Translations under genes and position numbers: made by a program
The notes under the pieces: model-generated
What the model saw: only the letters and a program-made list of their open reading frames with translations
Database searches by the model: none
What the model was told of the DNA's origin: nothing
Source: Nitrospirota bacterium
Lineage (GTDB): Bacteria > Nitrospirota > Thermodesulfovibrionia > Thermodesulfovibrionales > JdFR-88
DNA length: 64,000 nt
NCBI GenBank assembly: GCA_021813405.1
Contig: JAKAKS010000008.1
Span: 62,771-126,770, forward strand
Direction of reading: 5' to 3'
Shown here: positions 30,843 through 40,248 of the stretch, one piece after another
How the letters are laid out: every line of letters starts with the position of its first letter
Numbering within the stretch: position 1 is the first letter of the stretch

Positions 30843-31184
30843 CTATTGCGTTATTTTAACAAGTACCGCTAATGCCGCCTTCGGCAGGCAGACGTCAGAA
30901 AGCTGGCATTTCCCAAGCTCTTTCTGGCTTAAGGTATTTACGGGTATGTCCAGCCCGGCCTGTCTTTTATAAACCTCCACCTGAAGCCCCGGGAATTCCG
31001 ATGGCAATCCGCCTTGCAGGGCCGCGACTTCCTGCTCAAATTTTTTGAAGCTGCCTGCAATGGTTTCGTAAGCCCTGGTAAGGCCCCGGCACTCCATGCA
31101 GTAAGGGTCTTTGAGCAGGGTTTCCATAACCCCGAATGCATAATTAAAACCCCTGAGCCTTGTGACAGCTGTTTTGTAATCCAT
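30843..31184 (-). CDS. Hypothetical protein
   Basis: 113 aa ORF in an operon-like position between the DsrE-like and methyltransferase genes. Contains CMEC and C..DVC. No family recognised. Confidence 0.5.
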   Translation of the reverse strand: MDYKTAVTRLRGFNYAFGVMETLLKDPYCMECRGLTRAYETIAGSFKKFEQEVAALQGGLPSEFPGLQVEVYKRQAGLDIPVNTLSQKELGKCQLSDVCLPKAALAVLVKITQ

Positions 31185-31193
31185 ACGACCTCC

Positions 31194-31565
31194 TTAAAAA
31201 GTGAGGGCCTGCCGCTCCAGAAGCATCTCAGCCAGAAAAGACCCCGGTTTGACCTCGGAATTTTCTATGCGCTCCACCTTGTCCAGCTCATAGTGCTTTA
31301 CGCAGGAAGCGCAGATGTAAAAGCGTGCGCCCAGGTCTGTAAGTGTTTTTATGAGTTCGGAAACAGGCGAGAACTCGTCTTTTTTCTGCCAGGTCAGCGT
31401 TTCCGCAAAACCTTTTTTGGCCAGAAGCACGCCTTTATCCATGAAGAAGAAATCCAGTTCCATGTCAAATGCCTTCATGTTTGTGGCAAGCTGCATAGCC
31501 CCGGCCACAACGTCCGGGTTGTCGTAAGAATGCGTAATCACAAAGACGAATTTTTTATTCTCCAC
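31194..31565 (-). CDS. DsrE/DsrF-like family protein
   Basis: 123 aa. FVFVITHSYDNPD...ICASC pattern of the DsrE-fold family. Confidence 0.65.
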   Translation of the reverse strand: MENKKFVFVITHSYDNPDVVAGAMQLATNMKAFDMELDFFFMDKGVLLAKKGFAETLTWQKKDEFSPVSELIKTLTDLGARFYICASCVKHYELDKVERIENSEVKPGSFLAEMLLERQALTF

Positions 31566-31647
31566 TTGGTCATCTCCTTTAATGATGGCACTTTATGTGA
31601 TTGGTGTCTTGCTTCCGGGGCGCTTCGAAATCAATTTTGTGGCAGGT

Positions 31648-32019
31648 CTAGTGGGCGCAGCCCCCGTGCCTGCCGCAGGTATGCCCCGGCACAAAGCGTG
31701 GAAGGGCTTGCTTTCCGAACGCCTCGATGTTGTCCTTTACTGTCCCTTTAATGGCCTGATAGGCCTCTATCCCGGCGGCATTCAGCTTGGCCAAAGCCCC
31801 GCCGCCTATGCCTCCGGTAAGAATGGCGTCCACCTGTTGGCCGCCCAGGGCAGCTATCGGGCTGCATGCCCCGTGCGCGTGGACCGCGTTCTGGTTGATT
31901 ACAGTTTTGCTCTCCCTCGTGTCCAAATCTATAATCAGAAAGGCGGGCGCAGAGCCGAAATGCCCGAATACCACGCTTTCCAGCCCTTCGTCTTTCTCTA
32001 CCGGCAAACATACCTTCAT
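31648..32019 (-). CDS. NifB/NifX-family (dinitrogenase FeMo-cofactor-binding domain) protein
   Basis: 123 aa. GHFGSAPAFLIIDL...ILTGGIGGGA pattern. Cys/His-rich C-terminus. Confidence 0.8.
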   Translation of the reverse strand: MKVCLPVEKDEGLESVVFGHFGSAPAFLIIDLDTRESKTVINQNAVHAHGACSPIAALGGQQVDAILTGGIGGGALAKLNAAGIEAYQAIKGTVKDNIEAFGKQALPRFVPGHTCGRHGGCAH

Positions 32020-32134
32020 TGGCGGCCTCCTTTTAATTTGAGCATATGCACATTATATGAATGAATGTAATAAAAGTCAAATTATAATTTTAGAATTGAA
32101 GGCGGGCAGGGCGGGAGGGTTTATTGCCTGGATA

Positions 32135-32425
32135 CTATTGGCAGGAAGTGTTTTCCAGGAGGATGGCCTTGCATTCCGAGATGGCCTGGGCAACCTTCTT
32201 CCGGGCGGACGACAGTATTCTCTGGACCGTGCCCCTGGATACACCCATTTTTACCCCAGCCTCTTCCTGCGTAAGGCCGTCCATGTCGCACAGCTTCAGG
32301 GTTTCCAGTTCATCCCTTAAAAGGACTATCTTTTCCAGCTGCGTCATCGGAATTCCGGTGGGCTTGAAACCCTTTCCTGTGAACGGGCATCCGCAGACCC
32401 TCGCTTTCTTATGCCTTGGAGACAT
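32135..32425 (-). CDS. DUF134 family DNA-binding protein
   Basis: 96 aa. FKPTGIP...DELETLKLCDMDGLTQEEAGVKMGVSRGTVQRILSSARKKVA matches the DUF134 sigma-70 region 4-like pattern. Confidence 0.8.
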   Translation of the reverse strand: MSPRHKKARVCGCPFTGKGFKPTGIPMTQLEKIVLLRDELETLKLCDMDGLTQEEAGVKMGVSRGTVQRILSSARKKVAQAISECKAILLENTSCQ

Positions 32426-32531
32426 GACTGTTTACCCCGTGGGATTTGAGCATTTGCACATTGTATGGAGTGCAAAAGATTCTGTCAAATTTCCCCCGCT
32501 GAAGAGGGGGAAATTCCGTTATAATAAACAT

Positions 32532-32852
32532 ATGATAAGCAGAATATTCTTGGGGCTGTTCTTCTGCATTGTTTGTATCGCTGCTTTCCCCGGCTCATCC
32601 AGCGCCAATCCCGAATATGCCCGTGCAACAGGGAAGAAGTGCGCAACATGCCACGAAAAAAGCAATCCGGACAGAGGCCGGGTTGCCAATATAAAATTTT
32701 TACGGGGCCAGCTTGCCGCGAAAGGGCCGGTATATAATGGCCGGGCAAAACAGGTTTCCGCCAACTACATGTTTGTGATTGCAGGCGGGTGGTTTTTGGC
32801 CCTCGTGTATGCACATTTTTTTAGACGGCGGCATCTCCGTTTCCTCAGCTAA
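32532..32852 (+). CDS. Small membrane-anchored c-type cytochrome-like protein
   Basis: Start trimmed to ATG 32532 (MISRIFLGLFF... signal peptide). Single CATCH motif and a C-terminal TM. The upstream part of the 242-aa ORF is antisense to the DUF134 gene. Confidence 0.5.
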   Translation: MISRIFLGLFFCIVCIAAFPGSSSANPEYARATGKKCATCHEKSNPDRGRVANIKFLRGQLAAKGPVYNGRAKQVSANYMFVIAGGWFLALVYAHFFRRRHLRFLS

Positions 32853-32866
32853 GGCCTCATTTCTCT

Positions 32867-33107
32867 TTACGGGAATAAAATTCCGTTATTTCTTTTCCCC
32901 CTTCTTCAAGTGAGTAACGGGGCCTCCAGTTCAGCAGATTGCGCGCCTTGGTACTATCAAAATAAAGTTCCGAATACTGGCGTCCGGTCATTCCTTAACG
33001 GGCGCCAGTGGTACAACATATCTTATGATTGTTTTGACGGTGGCCACATCCCGGATACCACGCCGCCTCTGCGGCTGGGAGATCCATTTGTATGCCCCCT
33101 TGTCATT
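32867..33107 (-). pseudogene. Remnant of the C-terminus of an NAD-dependent epimerase/dehydratase gene
   Basis: The minus strand translates to ...GIRDVATVKTIIRYVVPLAPVKE*, then, in another frame, TGRQYSELYFDSTKARNLLNWRPRYSLEEGGKEITEFYSRKEK*. No N-terminal Rossmann part is present. Confidence 0.5.
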
Positions 33108-33200
33108 AATTGCACAAAAGCATTTCCTCTGCTGGAAAATCCATTGATGCAGTGATTTGGCCAGTTGCCCGTGCGGAGAGATTTATGCGATAATCACAAA

Positions 33201-34883
33201 ATGAGACGTTTATTGCTGGTTTTTTCTGTCCTGTCAGTTTTTCTTGTTGCCGGCATTGCCTTTGCCGGAGAGGGTGAAAATTCCTACTATGAGTTCATCC
33301 GCGGATATCAGGCCCAGCAGCAGGGCCAATGGGAAAAAGCCCTTAATTACTACGAGCAGGCCCTTCAGATGGATCCCTCGTCGGAAGAGATCAGTGTACA
33401 GATAGCCTCTGTCCTGGCCAAGCTGGGCCGCATTAAAGAGTCCGCGAAAACATTGGAGGATGTAACACAGAAGGACCCCAAGAACACCAGGGCGCTCCTG
33501 ATGCTTGGCGATGTTTATAACAGCATGGGGCGCGTAACGGATGCCGAAAAGGTTTACAAGCAGGCGCTCAGTTTGGACCCCGCAAACGAAAGGGCGCTCC
33601 TGATGCTTGGCGTGCTGCAAGCCTCGAAGGGCGATTACAAAGGCGGCAGCCAAATGCTCCAGAAGATACTGGACCGCAATCCCAATAACCTTATGGCACT
33701 CTTTTACATGGGGCTTATCAACTTCGACCAGAAAAACTATGCCCAGGCCCAGGGCTACCTGAAGAAGGCGGCCGCCGTGGATCCGGAATTCGATGGCGCC
33801 CAGTTCTATCTTGGCGTGATAAGCGAGTTAAATGGCGATCTGGCCGCCGCGGAGCGGTATTACAAAACCGCTTCAGAACTTAACCCCGGCAACACCCAGG
33901 CCATAGAAAGGCTGGGCCAGCTTTACGTGCAGCAGAAAAACAGCAAAAAAGCAATCGAGCAATACAGGAAAATACAGAAAGCCAATCCCGGCGACACCAA
34001 TGTGCACAGGAAACTGGCGGTTTTATACGTGGACGAAGGAGATTACAATAACGCGGTGGACGAACTTCGTCTTGTGCTTGCCGCGGAGCCTACCGATACC
34101 CAAAGCGCCTATATGCTTGCCTTTTCACTGGACCAGCTTGGACGGACCAGAGAGGCCGCCTCTGAAATGGATAAGATGCTGGCCAGCACCCCGGGCGACT
34201 TCCGGGCGCTCATGTATCTGGGTTACCTGAAAACAAAACTGGATCAGCCGGCAGACGCCGTGGCTGCATATAAAAAAGCGCTGTCGCTGGACGATACCAG
34301 GCCGCAGCCCTTCATTTATCTGGGGTCGCTTTACCTGGATTTGAAAAAATACAGCGAAGCCGGGAAGGTGCTTGGCGACGGGCTGGCAAAGTTCCCCAAA
34401 AATGACGAACTGAACTTCTATATGGCCGTCTACTACGACAAGACGGACCATTTTGGTGAAATGGAAGCCAAACTTAAAAAGGCCATAGAGCTGAACCCCA
34501 AAAACGCCGATGCAATGAATTACCTTGGCTACAGCTATGCGGAAAAGGGGGTAAAACTTGACGACGCCCTTGCCCTTCTAAAGCGCGCCGTGGGGCTTGA
34601 GCCCGGCAGCGGATATGTAGTGGACAGCCTTGGGTGGGTGTATTACAAGATGGGCCATTATAAAAGGGCGCTGCAACAGCTGCTTAAGGCGAAAGACATT
34701 TTAACCACGGACCCAACCATATTCGAGCACCTGGGGGATATATACTTCTCGCTTGACCAGAAAGACAATGCCGCAAAGGCATGGGAAAAGTCGATCGGCC
34801 TGCCCAAGAAGGAAAAAGGGCAGAAAGAACGTGTTGAGAAGAAGCTGAAGGCCCTCCAGGCAGAGGCCCCAAAGAAGCAGTAA
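33201..34883 (+). CDS. Secreted TPR-repeat protein
   Basis: Start at MRRLLLVFSVLSVFLVAGIAFA. More than 10 TPR units (A..YY..AL..DP.. pattern). Confidence 0.85.
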   Translation: MRRLLLVFSVLSVFLVAGIAFAGEGENSYYEFIRGYQAQQQGQWEKALNYYEQALQMDPSSEEISVQIASVLAKLGRIKESAKTLEDVTQKDPKNTRALLMLGDVYNSMGRVTDAEKVYKQALSLDPANERALLMLGVLQASKGDYKGGSQMLQKILDRNPNNLMALFYMGLINFDQKNYAQAQGYLKKAAAVDPEFDGAQFYLGVISELNGDLAAAERYYKTASELNPGNTQAIERLGQLYVQQKNSKKAIEQYRKIQKANPGDTNVHRKLAVLYVDEGDYNNAVDELRLVLAAEPTDTQSAYMLAFSLDQLGRTREAASEMDKMLASTPGDFRALMYLGYLKTKLDQPADAVAAYKKALSLDDTRPQPFIYLGSLYLDLKKYSEAGKVLGDGLAKFPKNDELNFYMAVYYDKTDHFGEMEAKLKKAIELNPKNADAMNYLGYSYAEKGVKLDDALALLKRAVGLEPGSGYVVDSLGWVYYKMGHYKRALQQLLKAKDILTTDPTIFEHLGDIYFSLDQKDNAAKAWEKSIGLPKKEKGQKERVEKKLKALQAEAPKKQ

Positions 34884-34908
34884 CGCCCCAGGGCCCGGTA
34901 ATCAGACC

Positions 34909-35763
34909 ATGCTATCACTTCGAGCCCCCGCCAAGATCAACTGGGCGCTTTTTATTGCGGGCAGGCGGGACGATGGCTATCACGAAATCATTTCGCTTAT
35001 CCAGTGCATAGATTTATGGGACGAGCTTTCGTTTGAGCCCTTCGGGGCGATTACCCTTGAATCAGACTGCCCGGTGCCCCCTACGTCCAATCTTGTTTGG
35101 AAGGCGGCCCTGCTTTTAAAGGACTACGCGGGGGTGGATGCCGGCGCAAGAATAACACTCAAAAAAAATGTCCCCATGGAGGCCGGGTTGGGTGGCGGAA
35201 GCTCCGACGCGGCGTTCACGCTTATGGGGCTCAATAAACTATGGGGCCTGAAAATCCCAAACGGAAAGCTGGCCGCGCTTGGGGCGCAGCTAGGCTCCGA
35301 CGTGCCTTTCTTTTTTTATGGGCCGTCAGCCATTGTTACAGGCCGTGGTGAAGTGGTGAAGCGCGTAAAGACCGGCCAGCCAATGCACCTGACGGTTTCG
35401 AAGCCGGATTTTGGCGTGTCCTCCGGCTGGGCTTACAGGGCGCTCAGGGGATATACCGGGTTGACAAAAGCACGTGACAATATTAAACTCTTTATTCGCG
35501 CCTTGGCGCGAAGGGATTATTCCGCCCTGGAAGGCGCGGGCGGCAACGACCTTGAGCCGGGTGTCTGTGCGGCTTATCCAGAGATAGGCCGGATGAAGGC
35601 CGAGCTTGGTAGAAAGGGCGCTGTTTACGCTCATATGAGCGGCAGCGGTTCGGCCGTATATGGGGTTTTTGGCGGCCTGGATGAAGCGATGAAGGCTGCC
35701 TCCGGCATGTCCTGGTGGAGCCGGGCCGTCTCTACCGTAACCGAAGCAAATTTTTTAAGCTGA
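34909..35763 (+). CDS. ispE: 4-diphosphocytidyl-2-C-methyl-D-erythritol kinase
   Basis: 284 aa. APAKINW..L, GHMP kinase motif PMEAGLGGGSSDAA. Synteny with tRNA-Gln-prs. Confidence 0.9.
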   Translation: MLSLRAPAKINWALFIAGRRDDGYHEIISLIQCIDLWDELSFEPFGAITLESDCPVPPTSNLVWKAALLLKDYAGVDAGARITLKKNVPMEAGLGGGSSDAAFTLMGLNKLWGLKIPNGKLAALGAQLGSDVPFFFYGPSAIVTGRGEVVKRVKTGQPMHLTVSKPDFGVSSGWAYRALRGYTGLTKARDNIKLFIRALARRDYSALEGAGGNDLEPGVCAAYPEIGRMKAELGRKGAVYAHMSGSGSAVYGVFGGLDEAMKAASGMSWWSRAVSTVTEANFLS

Positions 35764-35858
35764 AGTCCGGAATTAAAGGGAATGGGATTTGACATCTTGA
35801 AAACGCCGCAATCAAGGCCCCGCGAGCTAAAGGATATGGGATCTTTTAATTTAAAGCT

Positions 35859-35933
35859 TGGGGCGTCGACAAATGGCAAGTCAGGAGATTTTGGATCTCC
35901 CATGTGGAGGTTCGAATCCTCCCGCCCCAGCCA
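35859..35933 (+). tRNA. tRNA-Gln (anticodon UUG)
   Basis: 75 nt. Acceptor TGGGGCG/CGCCCCA, anticodon stem GGAGA/TCTCC with loop TTTTGGA, T arm GGAGG-TTCGAAT-CCTCC, encoded GCCA 3' end. Confidence 0.9.
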
Positions 35934-35957
35934 TTTTTTTAAAGGAATATTTTAATT

Positions 35958-36899
35958 ATGCCTGTTGGAATAAAGCTTGTTTCCGGAAACGCGCACAAGG
36001 AGCTGGCTTCGTCCATATCCAGCCACCTTGGCGTACCCCTTACCGATGTTGCCGTCACGCATTTCAGCGACGGCGAGATAATGCTTCAGATAAACGATAA
36101 TGTGAGGGGCGCGGACGTTTTTGTTATCCAGCCAACCTGTCCTCCCGTGAATGAAAACATAATGGAACTGCTGCTGATGCTGGACGCGCTAAAAAGGGCG
36201 TCTGCGGGCAGGATCACCGCCGTTATGCCGTATTACGGGTATGCAAGGCAGGATAGGAAGGTGCAGCCCAGGGTGCCTATATCTTCCAAGCTGGTTGCGG
36301 ACCTGCTTACAACAGCTGGCGCGCACAGGGTGCTTACAATGGATTTGCACGCTGGCCAGATACAGGGCTTTTTCAATATCCCGGTGGACCATCTTTACGG
36401 GCAGGCTGTGCTGTACGATTATATAAAAAGAGGCAAATTCCAGGAGCCTGTAATAGTGTCCCCGGACGCTGGCGGTGTGGAGAGGGCCAGGAATTTCGCC
36501 AAGAAACTGAAGGCGTCGCTGGCCATCATTGATAAGAGGCGGCAGGCGGCCAACATATCGGAAGTCATGAACGTGGTAGGCGACGTCTCAGGAAAAGACG
36601 CGGTAATACTGGATGACATGATCGATACCGCCGGTACGATTACCCAGGCGGCCGAAGCCCTCAAGAAGAAGGGGGCAAGCAGGGTGTACGCTGCCTGCTC
36701 GCATGCCGTGCTCTCCGGCCCGGCAATAGACAGGGTAAACAAGTCCGCGCTGGAGGAACTGATAGTTACCGACACAATAGCGCTGGACAGCAAGCGGGAG
36801 CTTTGCTCCAAGCTGACCATACTTTCCGTGGCGGGTCTCTTTGCTGAGGCCATACGGAGGATCCATGAGGAATCCTCGATCAGCTCTCTTTTTATATAA
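35958..36899 (+). CDS. prs: Ribose-phosphate pyrophosphokinase
   Basis: 313 aa. YYGYARQDRK and VILDDMIDTAGT motifs. Confidence 0.95.
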   Translation: MPVGIKLVSGNAHKELASSISSHLGVPLTDVAVTHFSDGEIMLQINDNVRGADVFVIQPTCPPVNENIMELLLMLDALKRASAGRITAVMPYYGYARQDRKVQPRVPISSKLVADLLTTAGAHRVLTMDLHAGQIQGFFNIPVDHLYGQAVLYDYIKRGKFQEPVIVSPDAGGVERARNFAKKLKASLAIIDKRRQAANISEVMNVVGDVSGKDAVILDDMIDTAGTITQAAEALKKKGASRVYAACSHAVLSGPAIDRVNKSALEELIVTDTIALDSKRELCSKLTILSVAGLFAEAIRRIHEESSISSLFI

Positions 36900-36943
36900 G
36901 AGAAAAAATAAGCAGGATATAAAATACAGGAGGTGTGTTTTAA

Positions 36944-37609
36944 ATGGAAAGGATAACCCTTAAAGCTGAAAAAAGGCCTGAAGCGGGCAAAGGCGCGGCC
37001 CGGACCCTCCGCAGGGGCAGCATGATCCCTGCCGTGCTCTACCGGGCAGGCGGCTCTTTGCCAATAAAACTTCAGAAGCCCGAACTTATAAAATTCCTGA
37101 AGCAGACTTCGGGCGAGATGGTCATAGTAAATCTTCAGTTCCCCGAAGGCGAGACCCGTCTTGCGCTGCTGAAGGACTACCAGGTGGATCCGGTAAGAAG
37201 GGAACTTCTGCATACCGACTTCTTCGAGGTCTCCCTGAAGGAGGCTATAAAGGTCACTGTGGCTGTACACATAAAAGGCGAGCCCATCGGCATTAAAAGA
37301 GACGGCGGCATTCTTACCCATGGCGTAAGCCAGATAGAAGTGGAGTGCCTGCCTGACCAGGTTATCGGCCATGTGGACGTGGACGTCTCTCCCCTTGGGG
37401 CTGGCCAGTCACTTCACGTAAGCGACATAAAATTGCCCGAAGGCATGAAGGTGCTTACACACAAGGAAGAAGCCATAGCCATTGTATCGCTGCCCAGCAA
37501 GGCTGAAGAGGCCGCTCCTGCTGCAGCCGCTGCCGAGGGGGCCGCAGCCGAACCCGAAGTGATCAAGAAGGGCAAAGAGAAGGAAGAGGCTGCCCCGGCC
37601 AAAAAGTAG
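36944..37609 (+). CDS. rplY: 50S ribosomal protein L25 / general stress protein Ctc
   Basis: 221 aa. L25 N-terminal beta-barrel pattern (GKGAARTLRRGSMIPAVLY). Ala/Glu-rich tail. Confidence 0.9.
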   Translation: MERITLKAEKRPEAGKGAARTLRRGSMIPAVLYRAGGSLPIKLQKPELIKFLKQTSGEMVIVNLQFPEGETRLALLKDYQVDPVRRELLHTDFFEVSLKEAIKVTVAVHIKGEPIGIKRDGGILTHGVSQIEVECLPDQVIGHVDVDVSPLGAGQSLHVSDIKLPEGMKVLTHKEEAIAIVSLPSKAEEAAPAAAAAEGAAAEPEVIKKGKEKEEAAPAKK

Positions 37610-37619
37610 AGAACTCTTT

Positions 37620-37793
37620 GAACCTGTCTCAAAATTGATTTTGAAGCGAAATAGAGAGGGAGTTGTGGCAGGCAGGGAGACAAGGGGATACCGCCCGGAG
37701 GCGCAGCAGCGCTGCGTTGAGGACGGTTTTTCATTAGGCGGAGCATGCCGCGATTTCAGCCTTTTGCAGCCTAAAGCAATTTTAGGCAGGTTC
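37620..37793. repeat. 17/18-nt inverted repeat bracketing about 140 nt between rplY and pth
   Basis: GAACCTGTCTCAAAATTG (37620-37637) versus CAATTTTAGGCAGGTTC (37777-37793): one mismatch plus one indel. Confidence 0.5.
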
Positions 37794-37797
37794 TAAA

Positions 37798-38358
37798 TTG
37801 CTGGCGGTAATAGGTTTAGGCAATCCCGGCGCAAAGTACAGCAATACGCGCCACAACCTGGGTTTCATGGTTGTGGAGGAGCTTGCGCGCCGGTTTGCCG
37901 TTTCAGATAAAAAAACGGCCTTCTCCGGCAATTACGACGCCTGGACTGCCATTATAAGCGGCCAGAAGGTCATCCTGGCCGAACCTCTAACCTATATGAA
38001 TTTAAGCGGCGCGGCAGCCGCGGAGATAATGCGCAAGCATTACATTCAGCCCGCGGACTTCATTGTAATCCAGGACGATATAGACCTGGAGCTTGCCAGG
38101 GTAAAGATCAGGCGCGGCGGGTCATCCGGCGGGCACAGGGGGATCGAGTCTATAATAGGCTCGCTGGGCACCGGCAAATTCGCCAGGATAAAAATAGGCA
38201 TAGGCAGGGACCCGAAACTTCCGGCAGATGCCTACGTGCTCAAAAAGTTTCCTCCGGAAGAAAGGGAAATTATAAGTGAGGCCGTGTCCAGGGCAGCGGA
38301 CGCCGTGGCTGCGATTATCAAAGATGGGCTTGAAAAAGCCATGAATAACTATAATTGA
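37798..38358 (+). CDS. pth: Peptidyl-tRNA hydrolase
   Basis: 186 aa, TTG start. VIGLGNPG..Y..TRHN motif. Confidence 0.95.
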   Translation: MLAVIGLGNPGAKYSNTRHNLGFMVVEELARRFAVSDKKTAFSGNYDAWTAIISGQKVILAEPLTYMNLSGAAAAEIMRKHYIQPADFIVIQDDIDLELARVKIRRGGSSGGHRGIESIIGSLGTGKFARIKIGIGRDPKLPADAYVLKKFPPEEREIISEAVSRAADAVAAIIKDGLEKAMNNYN

Positions 38359-38378
38359 GGCGCGTCAACTAGCCCTTC

Positions 38379-38708
38379 TTATTTGCCCCCTTTTTTTCCC
38401 AGGATGTCATCCGCCCAGGAGAGCGCCGCTGCCACCGTCGGAAACCCTACCGTGCTTGTAAGCAGAAGCAGCGCATGATATATCTCTTCTTTTTCTGCCC
38501 CGGCCATAAGCGCCCTTCTTGTATGGGAATGAACTGCGCCCTCCGAGTGGACGGCCGCCGCGGCCGCCATCTGGATAAGGTGGGCCGTCTTTTCATCCAG
38601 TGGGCCAGCGCCCCTTGCTGCTTCGCCCAGCTTGTCCAGGGCGGAGGCGTACTCCGGGAATCTTTTCCTTATCTTGTTGTAATGGCCTGGAAGCGCTTTA
38701 ATATCCAT
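38379..38708 (-). CDS. Carboxymuconolactone decarboxylase (AhpD-like) family protein
   Basis: 109 aa. CMD-domain helical pattern (LDEKTAHLIQMAAAAAVHSEGAVHSH). Confidence 0.75.
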   Translation of the reverse strand: MDIKALPGHYNKIRKRFPEYASALDKLGEAARGAGPLDEKTAHLIQMAAAAAVHSEGAVHSHTRRALMAGAEKEEIYHALLLLTSTVGFPTVAAALSWADDILGKKGGK

Positions 38709-38724
38709 TTGATCCTCCTTCTGT

Positions 38725-39315
38725 TTAAAAACTTATTCCTGGCTTCATGCGGCCTGAAGCAATCTCTGCGCCGGCTTCGAAAACCTCTTTGAGGGCCTCC
38801 GGGTGCTTCAGGACGTCGCCTTTTGCGTCTATGCCAACATAGGCCAGCTTTTTCATATCAGTCAGGCTGACGGTCAGGAAAAAAGCCCGCGCAGTGGCGC
38901 CGGAGCATTTTTCGCCCTCTTTCTTGTCCATGCCTGCCACGGTTATAAAGAGGCCAGCGCGGTTTTCCCCCGGTATGGGTTTTTTTAACAGATATTTTTC
39001 GCACCATATGGACTGGCAGCGGTCTATCATCGCCTTGGTTTGCGAGGGCAGGCCGGAGAAGTAAACAGGCGCGGCAAGAATGACACCCTGGCAGGCCCGC
39101 AGCTCCGGATAGATCATCTGCATGTCATCTTTGATAACGCAATTGCCCGTGTCCGCGCAGCAGCCGCAATTCCTGCACCCCTCTATCTTCATGCCGGGCA
39201 GGTCGAATATCTTCAGTTCCGCCCCGGCCTGCCTGGCGCCTTTAAGCGCTTCGTCAAGCAGGGTGCGCGAGTTGCCGCCCTTCCTGGGGCTGCCGATGAA
39301 TGCAACTATCCGCAA
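38725..39315 (-). CDS. Flavodoxin-fold FMN reductase / iron-sulfur flavoprotein-like
   Basis: 196 aa. IVAFIGSPRKGGNS and Cys cluster CRNCGCCADTGNC. Confidence 0.75.
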   Translation of the reverse strand: MRIVAFIGSPRKGGNSRTLLDEALKGARQAGAELKIFDLPGMKIEGCRNCGCCADTGNCVIKDDMQMIYPELRACQGVILAAPVYFSGLPSQTKAMIDRCQSIWCEKYLLKKPIPGENRAGLFITVAGMDKKEGEKCSGATARAFFLTVSLTDMKKLAYVGIDAKGDVLKHPEALKEVFEAGAEIASGRMKPGISF

Positions 39316-39380
39316 AGATGGGGACCAGCCAACAGTAATTTCATTAAAAGATTATAGCGTATCGGAGGAAAGGATTGAAC

Positions 39381-40199
39381 TTACCTGAAGCTCTGCTCTT
39401 CAGACGGGAATACGCCTTTTTCAACCTCGTCCTTGTAGGCAAGCACGGCCTTCAGTGCCTCTTCCTTAAGGTTTGCATACCGCTTGGCGAACTTGGGCAG
39501 GAACCGTTCGAACATCCCGATAACATCGTACAGCACCAGCACCTGGCCGTCGCAGTGCGGCCCTGCGCCAATCCCAATCGTGGGGATGGAAAGCGTCCCG
39601 GTAATCTTCTTTGCCAGTTCCATGGGCACGGCCTCAAGCACCACCGCAAATGCCCCCGCCTCTTCCACAGCCCGGGCCTCCTCAATTAGCCTGGCTGCGG
39701 CGCGTTCCTCACGCCCCTGCACCTTGTAGCCGCCCATGCGGTGAACGGATTGTGGAGTAAGCCCCAAATGCGCGATTACAGGGATATCGGCCGTTACCAG
39801 CGCCTTTATCTGCCCTGCGATATTGACGCCTCCTTCCAGTTTCACCGCCTCGCAGCCGGCCTCCTTTAAAAACCGCCCGGCGTTGAGAACGGCCTGTTCC
39901 GGGCCGGCCTGATAAGACAGAAAGGGCATGTCTCCAACAAGCAGCGCATTTTTTATGCCTCTTTTTGCCATGATCGCGTGGTAGACCATCTGGTCCATTG
40001 TGACGGGTATCGTGTTTTCGTGCCCCTGCACCACCATGGCAAGCGAGTCGCCCACTAGCACCATGTCCACGCCAGCCTCGTCAACCATCCGGGCTGTGGG
40101 GAAATCATGGGCGGTAAGCATTGTAATCTTCTGGCCCGCAGCTTTTTTTGCAAGAATGGTCTGTACGGTTACCTTTGGCATGGTTCTGAATTTTAGCAC
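39381..40199 (-). CDS. panB: 3-methyl-2-oxobutanoate hydroxymethyltransferase
   Basis: 272 aa. [18 protein letters not shown] and KLEGG motifs. Confidence 0.95.
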   Translation of the reverse strand: MLKFRTMPKVTVQTILAKKAAGQKITMLTAHDFPTARMVDEAGVDMVLVGDSLAMVVQGHENTIPVTMDQMVYHAIMAKRGIKNALLVGDMPFLSYQAGPEQAVLNAGRFLKEAGCEAVKLEGGVNIAGQIKALVTADIPVIAHLGLTPQSVHRMGGYKVQGREERAAARLIEEARAVEEAGAFAVVLEAVPMELAKKITGTLSIPTIGIGAGPHCDGQVLVLYDVIGMFERFLPKFAKRYANLKEEALKAVLAYKDEVEKGVFPSEEQSFR

Positions 40200-40248
40200 A
40201 AAAAAACATTATAATAGCGAAGGATATTGCTATGCGGGGGTGAACACG

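Noticed and set aside
32124-32531. The N-terminal 136 codons of the 242-aa ORF at 32124-32852.
   Set aside because: This part is antisense to the well-supported DUF134 gene. A signal-peptide-containing start at 32532 gives a coherent small cytochrome-like protein.
36419-37372. A 317-aa minus-strand ORF opposite prs/rplY. Similar antisense ORFs occur at 47079-48014, 5922-6653, 21182-22048 and 8816-9634.
   Set aside because: These are shadow ORFs antisense to well-supported genes. They have no motifs and no RBS context.
40000-40248. The 5' extension of ORF 40000-41016, which overlaps panB on the opposite strand.
   Set aside because: The overlap with the panB N-terminus is implausible. Internal starts at 40240 or 40249 remove it.
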